Source of the DNA: the human T2T-CHM13v2.0 reference genome, Homo sapiens
Reading direction: 5' to 3' (one strand)
Assembly: GCF_009914755.1 (NCBI RefSeq)
Contig: NC_060930.1
Length of the DNA stretch: 64,000 nucleotides
Below are positions 14,358 through 29,728 of this stretch, piece by piece. The first letter of the stretch is position 1. Each line of letters opens with the position of its first letter. Both the position numbers and the translations under genes were made by a program. The notes beneath the pieces were generated by a model, which did not search any database, was not told the origin of the DNA, and saw only the letters and a list, made by a program, of their open reading frames with translations.

Positions 14358-14791
14358 TTTTTTTTTTTTTTTTGAGACAGAGTTTCACAATGTTACCCAA
14401 GCTGGAGAACTGTGGCACCATCTCAGCTCACTACAACCTCTGCCTCCCGGGTTAAAGCAAGTTTTGTGCGTCAGCCTACTCTGGTAGCTGGGACTACAGA
14501 CATGTGCCACCATGCCTGGCTAATTTTTGTATATTTAGTGGACACAGGGTTTCACTATTGTAGCTTTACAGGACAAATATAATCTGACAATTTCCAAATT
14601 CCTATGTCCAGACACAAACTACAAAGCCTATATTTTCAACTGCCTACTTGACATTTTCATTTGGATGTCTAATAGAAATCTCAAACTCAACATGTTTGCA
14701 AGGTTGGTCTCGAACTCCTGGCCTCAAGTGATCTGCCTGCCCCGGCCTCCCAAAGTGCTGGGATTACAGGAGTGAGCCACAGCATCCAGCT
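14358..14791 (-). mobile_element. Old Alu (AluJb/Sz-like) interrupted at 14556-14694 by duplicated L2 DNA
   Basis: Alu halves 14358-14555 and 14695-14791; TSD gtgaaacaattttt at 14349 and 14793. Confidence 0.9.
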
Positions 14792-14849
14792 TGTGAAACA
14801 ATTTTTATCCAACACAGTTTTTTTGCATTGCTTGGCTTCAATATCATAC

Positions 14850-16443
<1,594 letters not shown>

Positions 16444-16479
16444 GAGCCTGAAGTTCAAGAGAAAAATGTTGTGCTTTTC

Positions 16480-16730
16480 CTGACAATAAAGTCTCTGGGA
16501 AGAATTCTAGTCTCCAAGATATGGCTACATGGTTATATCTAAACTAATTGAAGGCCAGGGATTTTGGCCAGGTCTGGATCACATGACCACTTCTGGCCAG
16601 ATGGTGGCAGGATAAACTCTAACCAAATTAAGTAGCTGAAATGATGTTACTATGGAAGAGGGAAGACGTGATGCCCCAAAGAAGGGAATCTGGACAACCA
16701 ACTACCTGTGTAGTCTGTGAAGGTCAACTA
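16480..16730 (-). mobile_element. MLT1K/L-like LTR fragment
   Basis: ttggccaggtctggatcacatgaccacttctgg is reverse-strand MLT1-like. Confidence 0.5.
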
Positions 16731-18265
16731 CTTCTAAAGTGGCTTAAATGAAACTTTATCCAAAAAGGAAATTTCACGTTGACTCATGAAAAACATATTC
16801 AATTAAATTATATCCCCTGAAAGTAAAAGTTGTAGATGAACAAGGAAAATAAAAAAACAAGGAAAATAAATGTTGTAGATGAACAAGGAAAATAAAAGTC
16901 TTCGGTGTTAACTTAAACTATTAGTTGCTGTTACTGTATTAATTTTCCATGGAGCCTGTGTATACTCCAGAAACACAGAGTGCAGGATAACAATATGGCC
17001 AGAAATATCTATGTTCATCAAGGATATTGGCATGCAGTTTTCGTTTGGTTGTGTCTCTGCCAAGTTTTGGTATCATAAAAATCTTGAACAAAATACTAGC
17101 AAATCAAATCTGGCAGCACGTCAAAAAGCTAATCCACCATCCATGATGGAGTAGGTTTTATTCCTAGAATGCAAGGTTGGTTCAACATATGCAAATCAAT
17201 AAATGACTTACCACATAGAAAGAACAAAACCAAATAATATGTAGGTATCTCAAAAGAAGCAGAAAAGTCTTTCAATAGAATTCAACATCCTTTCATGTTA
17301 AAAGCCCTTAACAAACTAGGAATCAAAGAAACATACCTCAAAATAATAAGAGCCATCTATGAAAAACTCACAGCCAACATCAAATTGAATGGGCAAAAGC
17401 TGGAAGCATTCCTCTTGAGAACCAAAACAAGACAAGGATGCCCTGTCTCACCACTCCTATTCAATATAGTACTGGAAGTCCTAGCAAGTAAGTCAGGCAA
17501 GAGAAAAATGTAAAAGGCATTTAAATAGGAAGAGAAGAAGTCAAACTATTATTGCTGTTTGCAGATGATAAATTTTCTAACTAGAAAACCCCATAGTTTC
17601 TGCCCAAAAGCTCCTAGATCTGATAAACAACTTCAGCAAGGCTTCAGGATACAAAATCAAAGTAGAAAAATTAGTAGCATTTCTATACACCAATAATGTC
17701 TAACCTGAGAGCCAAATAACACAATGCCATTCACAATCACCACAAAATAAAACAAAAAACCTAGGAATACAGTTAATCAGAGAGGTGAAAGCTCTCTATA
17801 ACAAGAATTGCAAAACAGTACTGAAAAAAATCAGAGATGACACAAACAAATGGTAAAATGTTCCATACTCACGGATAGAAGGAATCAATATTGTTAAAAT
17901 GGCAATACTTCCCAAAGCAGTTTTGCAGATCCAATGCTATTCCTGTCAAACTACAAATGACATTTTTCACAAAACTAGAAAAAACTATTTTAAAATTCAT
18001 ATGGAACCAACACAGAGCCCAAATAGCCAAGGCAATCCAAAGCAAAAAGAACCAAACTGGAGACATCATATTAGCCAACTTCAAACTATACTAGAAGCCT
18101 ACAGTAACCTAAACAGCATAGTACTGTATAAAAACAGACACATAGACCAATGGAACAGGTTAGAAAACCCAGAATAAAGCCTCACATCTATAACCATTTG
18201 ATCTTCCACAAAGCTGACAATAATAAGCAATGGGGAAAGGGCACCCTATTAAAAAAAAATGGTGT

Positions 18266-18307
18266 AGGAACTAAAGAAAAAATTGACGATTAAACCTAAG
18301 AGCTTTT

Positions 18308-18358
<51 letters not shown>

Positions 18359-19285
18359 AAAAACTATCCACAGAGTAAACAGACAACGTACAGAATGGGA
18401 GAAAATATTTGCTAGCTGTGAAAGGTCTAATGTCCAGTATTAATATAAGGGTCTTAAATTTACAAAAAAAAAACCTGCAATAAAAAGTGGGCAAAGGACA
18501 TGGACACTTTTCAATGTGACCAACAAACGTATGAAAAAAAAGCTCAATATCATTGATCATTAGAGAAATGCAAATCAAAACCACAATGAGATACCACCTC
18601 ACACCAATCAAAACTGCTATTACTAAAAAGTCAAAAAATGGTGAGGTTGTGGAGAAAAGGGAAAGCATATGTTGTTAATAGAAGTTTAATTTAGTTGAAC
18701 CATTGTGGAAAGCAGTATGGTGATCCCTCGAAGAGCTAAAAGTAGAACTACCATTTGACCCAGCAATCCCATTACTAAGTATATGCCCACAGGAATATAA
18801 ATCATTCTACCATAAAGACACATACCTGTGAATGTTTATTACAGCACTATTCACAAGAGCAAAGACATGGAATCAACCTAAATGCCCATCAATGACAGAT
18901 TGTATTAAGAAAATGTGGTACATATACACCGCAGAATACTACACAGACATGAAAACCAAGATTGTGTATTTTCTGGGAACATGGATGGAGCTAGAGGCTA
19001 TTATCCTTAGCAAACTAATGCAGGAACAGTAAACCAAATACCACATGTTCTCATTTATAAGTAGGAGCTAAATGATGAGAACTCATGAACACAAAGAAGA
19101 GAATAACACACTCTGGGATCTACTTGAGGGTGGAGGGTGGGTGGAGGAAGAGAAGTAGAAAAAAATAACTAATGGGTACCAGGCTTAATACCTGGTTGAT
19201 GAAATCTGTACAACAAACCCCCGTGACACAAGTTTACCTATATAACAAACCTTCATATGTACACTTGAACCTAAAATAAAAGTAA
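18266..19285 (+). mobile_element. Nested L1PA (about PA13-15) 3' fragment
   Basis: Own 3'UTR and A tail; TSD aaaaaaaaatggtgt at 18251-18265 and 19286-19300. Confidence 0.88.
18309..18363 (+). repeat. (CA)18 microsatellite followed by a poly-A run
   Basis: Direct read. Confidence 0.97.
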
Positions 19286-20707
19286 AAAAAAAAATGGTGT
19301 TGGGATAACTGGCTAGTGATTTGCAGAAGAATTAACCTGGACCCCCATCTCTCATCATATAAAAAAATTAACTCGAGATGGATTAAGGATTTAAGGATCG
19401 AAATGTAATACCAAAAAGCATAAAAGTCTCTAGAAGAAAACCTAGGAAATACCATTCTAGACATAGATTCTGGCAAATATTTCATGACAAAGACTCCAAA
19501 AGCAATTGCAACAAAAGCAAAAATTGACAAGTAAGACCTAATTAAACTAAAGGGCTTCTGCACAGCAAAAGAAACTATCAATGAATAAACAGACAACCTA
19601 CAGAATAGGAGAAAATATTTGCAAACTATGCATCTGACAAAGGTATAATATTTAGTATTAGTATAAGGAACTTAAATTAACAAGTAAAAACCAAATAACC
19701 CTATTTTTTAAAATGGACAAAGAACATAAATGGACACTTCTCAAAAGAAGACGTACACATGGCCACCAAGCATATGAAAATATGCTCAGCATCACTAATC
19801 ATTAGAGAAATGCAAATCAAAATCACAATGAGAATTCATCTTATACCAGTCAGAATGGCTATTATTTAAAAAGTCAAACAATAGCTGCTGATGAAGCTGC
19901 AGAAAAAAGGGAACACTTATACACTGTTGGCGGAAATGTAAATTTGTTTAATCACTGTGAAAGCAGTTTGGTGATTTCTCAAAGAACTTAAAACAGAACT
20001 ACCATTTGACCCAGCAATCCCATTACTGGGCATATATCCAAAAGAAAACAAATATTTCCACCAAAAAGACATATGCACTCACATTTTCATTGCAGCATTA
20101 TTCACAATAACCAAGATCTGGAATCAATCTAGGTGCCCATCGATGGTGGACTGGATAAAGAACATGTGGTACATATATATCATGGAACACCATGCAGCCA
20201 AAAACAAAGAAATCATGTCCTTTGCAGTAACATAGATAGCAAGAGGCCATTATCCTAGTCGAATTAACACAGGAACAGAAAATCAAATACCGCATGTTCT
20301 CACTTATAAGTGGGAAGTACGCATTAACTGTGTATGAACACAAAGTAGAGAACTCTGGACACAGCAGTCTATTGAAGGTGCAAGGTGAGAGGAGGATGAG
20401 GACTAAAAAACTACCCACTGGGTACTATACTCATTACCTGAGTGACAAAATGATCTGTACACCAAACCCCAGTAGCGTGCAATTTATCAGTGTAACAAAC
20501 CTGGACATATATGCCCTAAACCTAAAATAAAAGAAGAAAATAAAAAATAATGTGGCCACAGACAGTAATATATACTTTACTATATTAAATATATATCTAG
20601 GTAATAAACATCCAGGACTGAAGATAAACCAAATGTCCTTCTCCCTTCAAAACTTAATGTTCTCAAGATATTCTCCAGATTATGTTTTAGGGTTTAAAAT
20701 AACTGTT

Positions 20708-23700
20708 GATTCATAAAACAAGTTCTTAGAGACCAAAAAAGAGACTTAGACTCCTACACAATAATACTGGGAGAAGTTAACACCCACTGTCAACAGTAGA
20801 CAGACCAACAATAGAGAAAATTAACAAAGATATTTAGGACTTGAACTCAGCTCTGGATCAAATGGACCTAGTAGACATCTACATAACTCTCCACCCCAAA
20901 TCAACAGAGTATACATTCTTCTCAGCGTCACATAGCATGTATTCTAAAATCGACCATGTAATTGGAAGTAAAACACTCCTCAGCAAGTGCAAAAGAACAG
21001 AAATCATAACAGTCTCTCAGACCATAGTGCAAACAAATTAGAACACAGGATTGAGAAATTCACTGAAAACTGCATAACTACATCGAAGTTGAACCACCTG
21101 TTCCTGAATGATTACTGGGCAAATAATGAAATTGAGGCAAACATAAAGAAGTTCCTTGAAACCAATGACAAAGAGACAACATGCCAGAATCCCTGGGAAA
21201 CAGCTAAAGCAGTGTTAAGAGGGAAATTTATAGCACTAAATGCTCACAACAGAAAGCTGGAAAGATTAAAATCAACACCCTAACATCACAATTGAAAGAA
21301 CTACAGAAGCAAGAGCAAACAAATTCAAAAGCTAGCAGAAGACAACTAAGATCAGAGCAGAACTGAAAGAGATAGAGACAAAAAAACCCTTCAAAAAATT
21401 AATCCAGGAGATGTTTTTTGAAAAGATTAACAAAATAAATGGACCACTAGCTAAACTAATAAGAAAAGAGAGAAAAAATGATGAGTTCATGTCCTTTGTA
21501 GGGACATGGAAATCATCATTCTCAATAAACTATCGCAAGGACAAAAAACCAAACACCACATGTTCTCACTCTTAGATGGCAATTGAACAATGCGAACACA
21601 TGGACACAGGAAGGGGAACATCACACTCTGGGGACTGTTGTGGGGTGGGGGGAAGGACGAGGGATAGCATTAGGAGATATACCTAATTCTAAATGACGAG
21701 TTGATGGGTGCAGCACACCAGCATGGCACATGTATACATATGTAACTAACCTGCACATTGTGCACATGTACCCTAAAACTTAAAGTATAATAAAAAAAAG
21801 AAAAAAGAAGAAAAAAAAGAAAATAAACAATAGTGAAATAACAGCAAATAAAAGAAGGAAAAGAAAAGAGAGAAGGATCAAATAGACACAATAAAAAATG
21901 ATAAAGGGGAGATCACCACTGATCCCACAGAAATACAAACTACCATTAGAAAACACTATAAACATCTCTACGCAAGTAAACTAGAAAATCTAGAAGAAAT
22001 GGATGAATTCCTGGACACATACCCTCCCAAGACTAAACCAGGAAGAAATCGAATCCCTAAATAGATCAATAACAAGTTCTGAAATTGAGGCAGTAATTAA
22101 TAGCCTACCAGAAAAAAAAAAAAAAAAAAAAAAAGCCCAGGACCAGACGGATTCACAGCCCAGTTCTACCAGAGGTACAAAGAGGAGCTGGTACCATTCC
22201 TTCTGAAACTATTCCAAACAGTAGAAAAAGAGGGACACCTCCCTAACTCATTTTATGAGGCAAGCATCATCCTGATACCAAAGCCTCGCAGAGACACAAC
22301 AACAACAAAAAAATTCAGGTCAATATCCCTGATGCATATCGATGTGAAAATCCTCAATAAAATACTAGCAAACTGAATCCAGCAGCACACCAAAAGCTTA
22401 TCCACAACAATCAGGTCAGTTTTATCCCTGGGATGCAAGAATGGTTCAACATACACAAATCAATAAACGTAATCTATCACATAAACAGAACCAACGACAA
22501 AAACCACATGATTATCTCAATAGATGCAGGAAAAACCTTAGATAAAATTCAGCATCCCTTCATGCTAAAAAGTCTCAATAAACTAGGTATTGATGGAACA
22601 TATCTCAAAATACTAAAGGCTATTTGTGATAAACCCACAGCCAATATCATACTGAATGGGCAAAAACTGGAAGCATTCCCTTTTGAAAACCGGCACAAGA
22701 CAAGGATGCCCTCTTTCACCACTCCTATTGGCCAGGGCACTCAGGCAAGAGAAAGAAATGGAGGGTATTCAAATAGGAAGAGAGGAAGTCAAATTGTGTC
22801 TGCAGATGACATGATAGTATATTAAGAAAACCCCATTCTCTCAGCCCTAAAACTCCTTAAGCTGACAAGTAACTTCAGCAAAGTCTCATGATACAAAATC
22901 AATGTGCGAAAGTCACAGGCATTCCTATACACCAACAATAGACAAGCAGAGAGCTAAATCTTGAGTGAACTCCTATTCACAGGTGCTTCAAAGAGAATAA
23001 AATACCTAGGAATACAACTTACAAGGGATGTGAAGGACCTGTTCAAGGAGAACTATAAACCACTGCTCAAGGAAATAAGAGTGGACACAAACAATCCTAT
23101 TCCATGCTCATGGATAGGAAGAATCAATATTGTGAAAATGGCCATACTGCTCAAAGTAATTTATAGATTCAATGCTATTCCCATCAAGCTTCCAGTGACT
23201 ATATTTGCAGAATTAAATAAAATACTTTAAATTTTATATGGAACCAAAAAGCACATATAGACAAGAAAATCCTAAGCAAAAAGAACAAAGCTGGAGGCAT
23301 CCTGCTACCTGATTTCAGGCTATGCTACGAGACTACAGTAACCAAAACAGTATGGTACTGGTACGAAAACAAGATATACAGACCAATGGAACAGAACAGA
23401 AACATAAGAAATCACACCACACATCTACAACAATCTTATCTCTTCAACAAACCTGACAAAAACAAGCAATGGGGAAAGGATTCCCTATTTAATAAAAGGT
23501 GCTGGGAAAACTGGCTAGTCATATGCAGAAAACAAACTGGACCACTTCCTTACACCTTATACAAAAATTAACTCAAGATAGATTAAAGTCTTAAATGTAA
23601 AACCCAAAACCATAAAAACCCTAGAAGAAAACCTAAGCAATATCATTCAGGACATGGGCATGGGCAGTCTTCATGACTGAAACACCAAATGCAATTGCAA

Positions 23701-24728
23701 GAAAAGCCAAAATTGACAAATGGGATCTAATTAAACTGAAGAGCTTCTGCTCAACAAAAGAAACTATCATCAGACTGAACAGGCAACCTACAGAATGGGA
23801 TAAAATTTTTGCAATCTATCCATCTGACAAAGGGCTAATATCCAGAATCTACAAGGAATTTAAATTTACAAGAAAAAAAAAAATCCCATCAAAAAGTGGG
23901 CAAAGGATATGAACAGACACTTCTCAAAAGAAGACATTTATGCAGCCAAAAAACATATGAAAAAAAGCTCATCATCACTGGTCATTAGAAAAATGCAAAT
24001 CAAAACCACAATGAGATACCATCTCATGCCAGTTAGAATGGCAATCATTAAAAAGTCTGGAAACAACAGATGCTGGTGAGGATGCAGGGAAATAGGAATG
24101 CTTTTACACTGTTGGTGGGAGTGTAAATTAGTTCAACCATTGTAGAAGACAATGTGGCAATTCCTCAAGGATCCAGAATCAGAAATACCATTTGACCCAG
24201 CAATCTCATTACTGGGTATACACCCAAAGGATTATAAATAATTCTACTATAAAGACACATGCACACGTATGTTTATTGCAGCACTATTTACAGTAGCAAT
24301 GACTTGGAACCAACCCAAATGCCCATCAATGATAGACTGAATAAAGAAAATGTGGCACATATACACCATGGAATACTATACAGCCATAAAAAAGAATGAG
24401 TTCTTGCTCTTTGCAGGGACATGGATGAAGCTAGAAATCATCATCTTCAGCAAACTAACACAGGAGCAGAAAACCAAACACCAGATGTTCTCACTCATAA
24501 GTGGCAGTTGAACAATGAGAACACATGGACACGGGGTGGGGAACATCACACACTGTGGCCTGTCAGGGGGTAGGGGGAAAGAGGAGGGAGAGCATTAGGA
24601 CAAGTGCCTAATGCATGCGAGGCTTAAAACCTAGATGATGGGTTGATAGGTGTTGCAAATCGCCATGGCACATGTATACCTATGTAACAAACCTGTACAT
24701 TCAGCACATGTATTCCAGAACTTAAAAA
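20708..24728 (+). mobile_element. L1PA7/8-like LINE-1, 5'-truncated in the ORF2 endonuclease
   Basis: Broken ORF2 fragments 20841-23912 (incl. [10 protein letters not shown] motif near 22800); 3'UTR ...gcttaaaacctagatgatggg...cagaacttaa. Confidence 0.92.
21475..21860 (+). mobile_element. Short L1PA3-like 3' end nested in the L1PA7/8
   Basis: accagcatgg/gtaactaacc diagnostics; perfect 14-bp TSD aagaaaagagagaa at 21461 and 21861. Confidence 0.92.
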
Positions 24729-25079
24729 AGAGTGTTTTTTAAAAATGATATTTCAATGATTATCTTACTTGGGAAAAAGAGGTCATAAGAAAGTATACAA
24801 TGGATATAGCTGGAATATAACCTTTTAATAAAGGCATCAGATAAAATGTATTCATTAGCAGATGTTTCCCTATTTGTTTTAGTTTCGATAAAATTTGCTT
24901 TATTCAAGATACAGCAGCTGAACAAATTAAAAAATAGATGTCCTTTTAATAAGTTAGTCTTACGTGAATTAGCCAAATAGGATTAAGCTACTCATCCTAA
25001 AATATCAATCATAGATAACAGGGGCCATGGAAGACAAGCCCCTGATGCTGATATTAGAAGTGAAATGAAAAGATTAAAC

Positions 25080-25386
25080 AAGGAGTCAGCAGACTTTTTC
25101 TGTAAAGAGCCAGCTTTGATTTATAGGCCCTACAATTTCTGTCTTAACTGCTTAACGCTGTTGTAACATGAAAGAAGCCACAGATGTTATATAAATGAAT
25201 GGCCATGGCTATTTCAATAAAACTTTCCTTAAGACACTGAAATTTGAATTTCACATAATTTTCATGTGTTAGGCAGTATTATTCTTCTTTTGATTTTTTC
25301 TCAACCATTTAGAAATTTTAAAACCATTTTAGCTCATAGGCCATAAGAAAACAGGCAGTGGGCTGAATTTGGTTTGCCAACCCTTG
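25080..25386. mobile_element. MER58B (hAT-Charlie MITE)
   Basis: Termini ggagtcagcagac / gtttgccaacccttg; internal ttcaataaaacttt...gaaatttgaatttcac. Confidence 0.8.
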
Positions 25387-26999
25387 TACTAAACCGTGGA
25401 TTTGCTCAGGCTCAGAATGATTGCACATCCTACTTGTTTGGACGATTTTTCTAACTTGAAAAGATATAAGTTTCAGACATATGCAAGTAATGGTCCAAGA
25501 TGAGTTGCTGATTTTCCATCTTAATCCAGTTGTATTCTTTCCAGAGAAAAATGAAAGCAAGATGGGAGATTAAAGGATACCAGTAGTTGGTAAGATCACA
25601 GGATCCTCAACCCCTCAATCCATAATACAGATCTTTGTGTTGAGCATGAGTATTGAGTGCTTATTTTGATCGGCCATATCAGAGGCTTTAGCAGGTCTTT
25701 AATCCTCAGGCTGACTGTGAGACCTTTGAGAAAAATAGACTCATTTCTGGTTTTTTAGTGTTTAAATCATACAATTCCTTGCTTTTAAGTATGATAAACA
25801 TAAGTAAAAACTAGAGCAAAATATAAACAGTGGTTATCTTTGACTGTTGGAATTATGGTTCTAAGTTTATTTCTTTGTTTTTGCTCATCCGTATTTTTAT
25901 CTTTATGCAATAAACATTTATTGTTTAGTAAAACATAATCATTAAAATTTAAAAATTTTAATTGACCAAACTCATTACACTCCAAATATACCACTTTTCT
26001 TTTGGCATTTTTGAAAGTTAGACATCTTCCATACATATTTAATGAAATGATGTTTTTCTTTGCTTGAGAGAGAAAAAGAATGCTCATTCAGAGGAAAGCC
26101 AGGCAAACATTTTAACTTGCAAATGCCATCTGCACAATAAATTAATTTTTCCTTATATCTTAGGCTAAATTGAAATTAATCTCAGCAAAGGGAAAAACCT
26201 CACCTGAATGTAAAAACATAGTCTATTAAGTTTTTTCAGAAGTATTTTTTCAGGTATTTAATTTCCTTTTCTTAGGAGTCAAGATGTGTGAAGCAGTTAT
26301 CTAGGCACCATGAAAGAGATAAGGACAAATAAGACATGGCCTCTCTTGTGAAAGTTTTCAATGTCCTGAATCATGATTGATTAATTAGGTAGTTCATGTG
26401 AGCTTTACAAGTGTTATTGTTTCTACGCTGTGAGAAATGAAACTACAGATAATTTCTTCCTTCCTAGAGGAGCAACTAATGACTAACACCTTTTATTTTC
26501 TTTGCTGTATGAAAGTTTTTGTTTTTAACCTGGTTTATTTATTTGTATCTTTGTATGGAAAGTAAGTATCAAGTCTTAAAGTAAATGTCTGTAGGTAGTG
26601 CTTTCTGATGTTGATAAAAACCATACTAAAATAGGGATAATAAATAGAAATAAATATAATTGAAATTCTAACAAAAAGCTTCATTCCATTAAACGGTAAA
26701 CAGGCTCTGAAAGGTGTATTTCACTTATTTATTTGGTCTAATCTTTTTGTTTTGTGAGATAAAATCTTGAGAACCTGAGTGGTTTAACAATTAGCTTTGG
26801 GTCAGATTGATATAATAGAATGAGAACAAATATGTCAATTAAGAATATGTACTTTAATAGCAATTATCTCAGTGGCAGGATTAAGGATGATTTTTAGGTT
26901 GTGATTTCTATTTAAAATCTCTTCTAGCTTAAGCACATTAATTTTTTAATAAAAATACACTATTGTAAAACAAGATTTACAATTTCAAAAAAGTATAGT

Positions 27000-28080
27000 G
27001 AACATATCTTTTTCTTTTTTCTTAAAAAAATTATCTCAAGAAAAGGAGAACAAAGAACAGAAATATGAATTCTGGATTCAATGAAGCCAGGGGAATTCTA
27101 TAACCCTCTTATCCCAATGCATGATGATGCAAGGCAGATGAGAGAAGATAAATATTTACCTATGTTCTTGCAATTGTTGGGGTGGTTTGGTGAGAATCAT
27201 GGCAATCTGCTCTATGGAACCACAGAAAGGCTCAGGAAGTTGGTGTAATATTCAGTATAAAATTTGTGAATGTCTGGGGACTAGGAAATTCCATAAAAGA
27301 CTTTATTAGGGATAGTTGTACCCTTTGAGTTTCCGCTGTAAACAAACATAGCTGACTCCCCTTGTTTAACCCCAAGGAGACTATGTGTTTAATCTCTGAA
27401 GAAAACTGACCAGAGAAGTTCTAAATATAAAGAAGGTAAGCACACAGGAAGTCAAGGAGCAAAGTGGACAGGGAGAAATTAGGTAAATGTGTGCATACAG
27501 AATAGTGTGAAAACTTCCTCTGTCTTTCAGAAGGTGGCTTTAAAACTGCTTGTGATAATACTGGAGAATCCTTCTCTGGAAAAGCTGAACAACCAAAGGA
27601 AACAGGATTTATAGATATTGACATAGGATATCCTTAGTGAAAAGGTAGCTGTTCACCCTGTCATCCTGCAGGGAAGCTTTCTAGTCCAGGAGCGATACCC
27701 ACTGACAGAGCTACCAATTCAGTTTGGTGTCTCGATCTTAAATATATCCACACAGTCAAAAATCAATCACCAGTCAAATGAGGAAATTCTTTAACACCAA
27801 AATAGCCACATAATAAGTAAACAGAGAAAATACTTAGGGAAAACAAAGAAAATGTAAGTCAAAGCAATTGTATATACTATCCTTAGAAAGGTAAGAGAAA
27901 ATATAGCATTCATTAAAAAAAGCATAAAAAGGAAAATTACAAAAAGAAAACTCTTTGTGAATTAAAAATACGATATCTAAAATAAGAAATTTAGTATAGG
28001 AGATAAAAGATACAATCTAGGACCTCTTTAAGAAAATAGAAAAAAACAAAAGACAAAGATTAGAACAATAACACAGGCCC
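27000..28080 (+). mobile_element. Ancient L1M 5'/ORF1 relic
   Basis: A-rich degraded L1M-like sequence; boundaries uncertain. Confidence 0.4.
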
Positions 28081-29380
28081 ATATATGACTCCTGACTGGC
28101 AGCTCAAAGGAACATGAAAAAACGAATCTCCAGGTATCCCTTGGCCAGAGGAAGGGGGAACTATTTGTTTTTAATCTCTTTATGCCCAAAGCTTGCCTCC
28201 TTTTCTCACTTTTCTATACTGGTACTGAGAATTCCCATTTTCTTAACTGAATATTCTGGCATGCATGAATCACAAAAATTAATCTTAATACCAAATAGTA
28301 AATTTCTCTCAACTCTACATATTCAGGTTTTAGTCTGGGGGCATCAACAGTCATAGGTTTGGAACTTCCCCCAAAAGTAATGATCAGATCTCTGTTTAAT
28401 AGTGCATATTTATAGATGCCTATGGAAATATAACCAATTTCCTATTTCAAAGGTGTCTGCCAGAACTCCAAATGAGGCTTTTCCAATGTCAACAATTTTA
28501 CTATCTAATCCTAATCAGGCAACTTGCTATTTTAAATGCAAGCAAGCAATTTTCTGTAATATCAATAATTATCTCTAAACCATTGGTAATGTTTTTTACA
28601 AACCCAATTCAATAAAAACAGAATCATAATTTTCAACTTAGAATAAAGGTACTGAGAAAATATAATTTTTAAATTTTATGTATCACTAATCAATATTTCC
28701 CTGCCAACCCCCATGCATTGGGTAGTAAAAAAATTAGTTGTTAATCCTATCCAATTTAGAAATAAGTTCATATAAAAAAATTTAAAAGGTGGCTTTTTAT
28801 AATGCTAGCCTTTCTTCGAAATAATTCTAACCTGTCATATTTCTCGTCTTCTACCCTTCATGATCAGCACTTTCACAAGATGACTCCTGAGCAGTTAGGA
28901 AGAAGTGTGTAGCTTTTATAGCCTTATGGGGGAGGGGAAAAGTAACAGTTATAGGGTTTGTGTATTCTGGCTCTTTGTCACATTATATTTTCTAAAAATG
29001 GCCTAAGATATAGCCAATCTCATAAAATGTTCTTCCATATGACATTGACACATAGAAACGCCTCCATCAAAATGTGTCATCTGTGTTCCCTTTTCTTTAA
29101 CCAGGGTATGCATTTGAAACTACTTCAACCTATAGAATGTGGTGGAGATGATGCCACGTGACTTCCATGGTTAGTTCATATAAGGCAAGAAGTCTTCCTC
29201 CTGGTTCTCTTGATGTATGTCCATAGAACCTAGCCACAATGTGGTAAGAAAAATTAGGGCACATTCTTCAAAGGTCACATATAGGTTTTCCAAGTGACAG
29301 TCCAACTAGGGCCTCAGCTGACAGCTGACATCAGATGCCAGTCATAGGACTGAAGGAATCTTCAGAAGATTCCATCTCCA

Positions 29381-29728
29381 TGTAGGCAAGCAGTCCTTTT
29401 CATGGCAAGAATAACACTGTCTTGAAGTGAAATTGCCATAATGCCAGTATTTGACTCCTACATACCAATGTTCTTGCAGAGAGGTCAAGAAACAGTACCT
29501 GTAGCATAGATAACCCCTCATAAAGATGTTTCTCGAACCTCTCCAGTGGTCAGAGTTTCACAAGAGTGTCTATGACCTGAGCAGCTTCGTTTGTTTACTA
29601 AAAGAAGCTTGCTATAGAAAAGGTACTTTCTGGAGGGCAAGTTCAGGGATTCATTTTCTCTCAGTGGCCTAAGGTCTCACTTCTGTTTTAAGTCCCTGTT
29701 AAATGTTTCTCTCTGAGGGAAAAAAAAG
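29381..29728 (+). mobile_element. LTR47A-like segment ending at the poly(A) site with an A-rich tail
   Basis: cctgtagcatagataacccctcataaagatg and aagcttgctatagaaaaggtactttctggagggc match the recalled LTR47; U5 absent. Confidence 0.7.

Larger units (their letters stand above)
17007..20545 (+). mobile_element. L1PA15/16-like LINE-1 with short 5' inversion (17007-17075) and a nested L1
   Basis: ORF2 fragments (17295-17513, 17891-18094), 3'UTR ending 20530; degenerate TSD aacaatatggcca (16989) / aataatgtggcca (20546). Confidence 0.88.

Noticed and set aside
20708-24728. Retrotransposition-competent L1
   Set aside because: No 5'UTR or ORF1; ORF2 is broken by stops, frameshifts, deletions and a nested insertion.
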